A DNA stretch of 64,000 nucleotides, from contig MWEH01000092.1 of assembly GCA_002070965.1 (NCBI GenBank), forward strand, positions 19,066-83,065. Reading direction: 5' to 3'. Below, piece after piece: positions 63,703 through 64,000 of this stretch. The translations under genes were made by a program, and so were the position numbers. How positions within the stretch are numbered: position 1 is the first letter of the stretch; every line of letters starts with the position of its first letter. The DNA comes from Firmicutes bacterium ADurb.Bin080 (GTDB lineage Bacteria; Bacillota; Clostridia; Christensenellales; DTU072). Under the pieces are notes generated by a model. That model ran no database searches. It worked only from the letters and a program-made list of their open reading frames with translations, and was not told the origin of the DNA.

Positions 63703-64000
63703 ATCTGGTACTCATTTAATGCGACAAATTCGCTATCAAAGTTTGCTGATATATCTAATCCTTTTTCAATATATCTTTCTTCACTCCATATTTCTATTCT
63801 CTTATTAACACCAATAAAAACTATCTTTTTCTCAATTTCTGCAAAGTCTCTAGCCTTTTTGGGCAAGATAAAGCGACCTTGAGAATCCTCATCAGGTATT
63901 ACTACTGATGCCATTATTTTTCTAGCTGCATCCTGGGCTTTTAAATTGCTTATTGGAATAGAATCAATCTTTTCTGCAATTCTCTGAAATTCCTCAGCTG
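63699..64000 (-). CDS. mraZ: Transcriptional regulator MraZ (N-terminus lies beyond the window edge)
   Basis: The frame stays open upstream of the Met at 63914 all the way to base 64000 (..AEEFQRIAEKIDSIPISNLKAQDAARKIMASVVIPDEDSQGRFILPKK..NKRIEIW). This covers the second MraZ repeat and the end of the first. Confidence 0.9.
   Translation of the reverse strand, partial: AEEFQRIAEKIDSIPISNLKAQDAARKIMASVVIPDEDSQGRFILPKKARDFAEIEKKIVFIGVNKRIEIWSEERYIEKGLDISANFDSEFVALNEYQI

Noticed and set aside
1-64000. CRISPR arrays, IS elements or transposases, toxin-antitoxin pairs, restriction-modification and other defence systems
   Set aside because: None recognised. Every ORF longer than about 90 aa outside the shadow ORFs is assigned to a housekeeping or surface-protein gene. 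The few intergenic regions are short and are accounted for by promoters, terminators or the two RNA genes.

Overview
AT-rich, very densely coded bacterial chromosome segment (I estimate about 30% G+C by eye, not computed). The gene content and gene order are typical of Bacillota (Firmicutes). Almost everything is core housekeeping, and many adjacent genes overlap at start and stop codons.

Plus-strand block, 1-12026: thiI (partial), miaB, mutS, mutL, miaA, a ynbB-like PLP enzyme, a XerS-like tyrosine recombinase, lexA, and a membrane-anchored PadR protein.

At 12026/12043 the coding strand flips. Every protein gene from there to 64000 is on the minus strand. Read in coordinate order these are:
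- rnhA, proC, an ispH-S1 fusion, cmk, surE, rluB
- an 8.3 kb giant surface-protein gene
- scpAB, ribF, truB, nrnA, rbfA, infB, ylxQ, ylxR, nusA, rimP, rluD, lspA, yggS
- a 1174-aa lipoprotein and a 513-aa PolC-like exonuclease
- ispG, rseP, dxr, cdsA, uppS, frr, pyrH, tsf, rpsB
- a second surface protein, a lipoprotein cyclophilin, ruvX, rubrerythrin, rarA, nrdR
- ftsZ, ftsA, rsmH and mraZ (partial)

Two RNA genes are clear: tRNA-Trp(CCA) on the plus strand, and a small type-B RNase P RNA on the minus strand.

I saw no CRISPR array, transposase, phage module or recognisable defence system. By-eye reading of 64 kb is not exhaustive.

The observations most worth following up are:
1. A polymerase-less PolC-like OB-fold plus exonuclease protein sits exactly where polC belongs in the conserved operon order.
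2. A division (dcw) cluster is stripped of all peptidoglycan genes, and the surface proteins use C-terminal transmembrane anchors instead of LPXTG. Together these suggest a wall-less lineage that uses the standard genetic code.
3. A perfectly polarised convergent strand switch looks like a replication terminus. A XerS-like single recombinase lies about 3 kb away, next to an unusually long non-coding region.
4. Four genes have TATAAT-N6-ATG and no Shine-Dalgarno sequence, so they are candidate leaderless mRNAs.
5. lexA is co-transcribed with a PadR protein fused to a membrane domain.

None of these is proven from sequence alone. I did not find a compelling multi-gene novel system.
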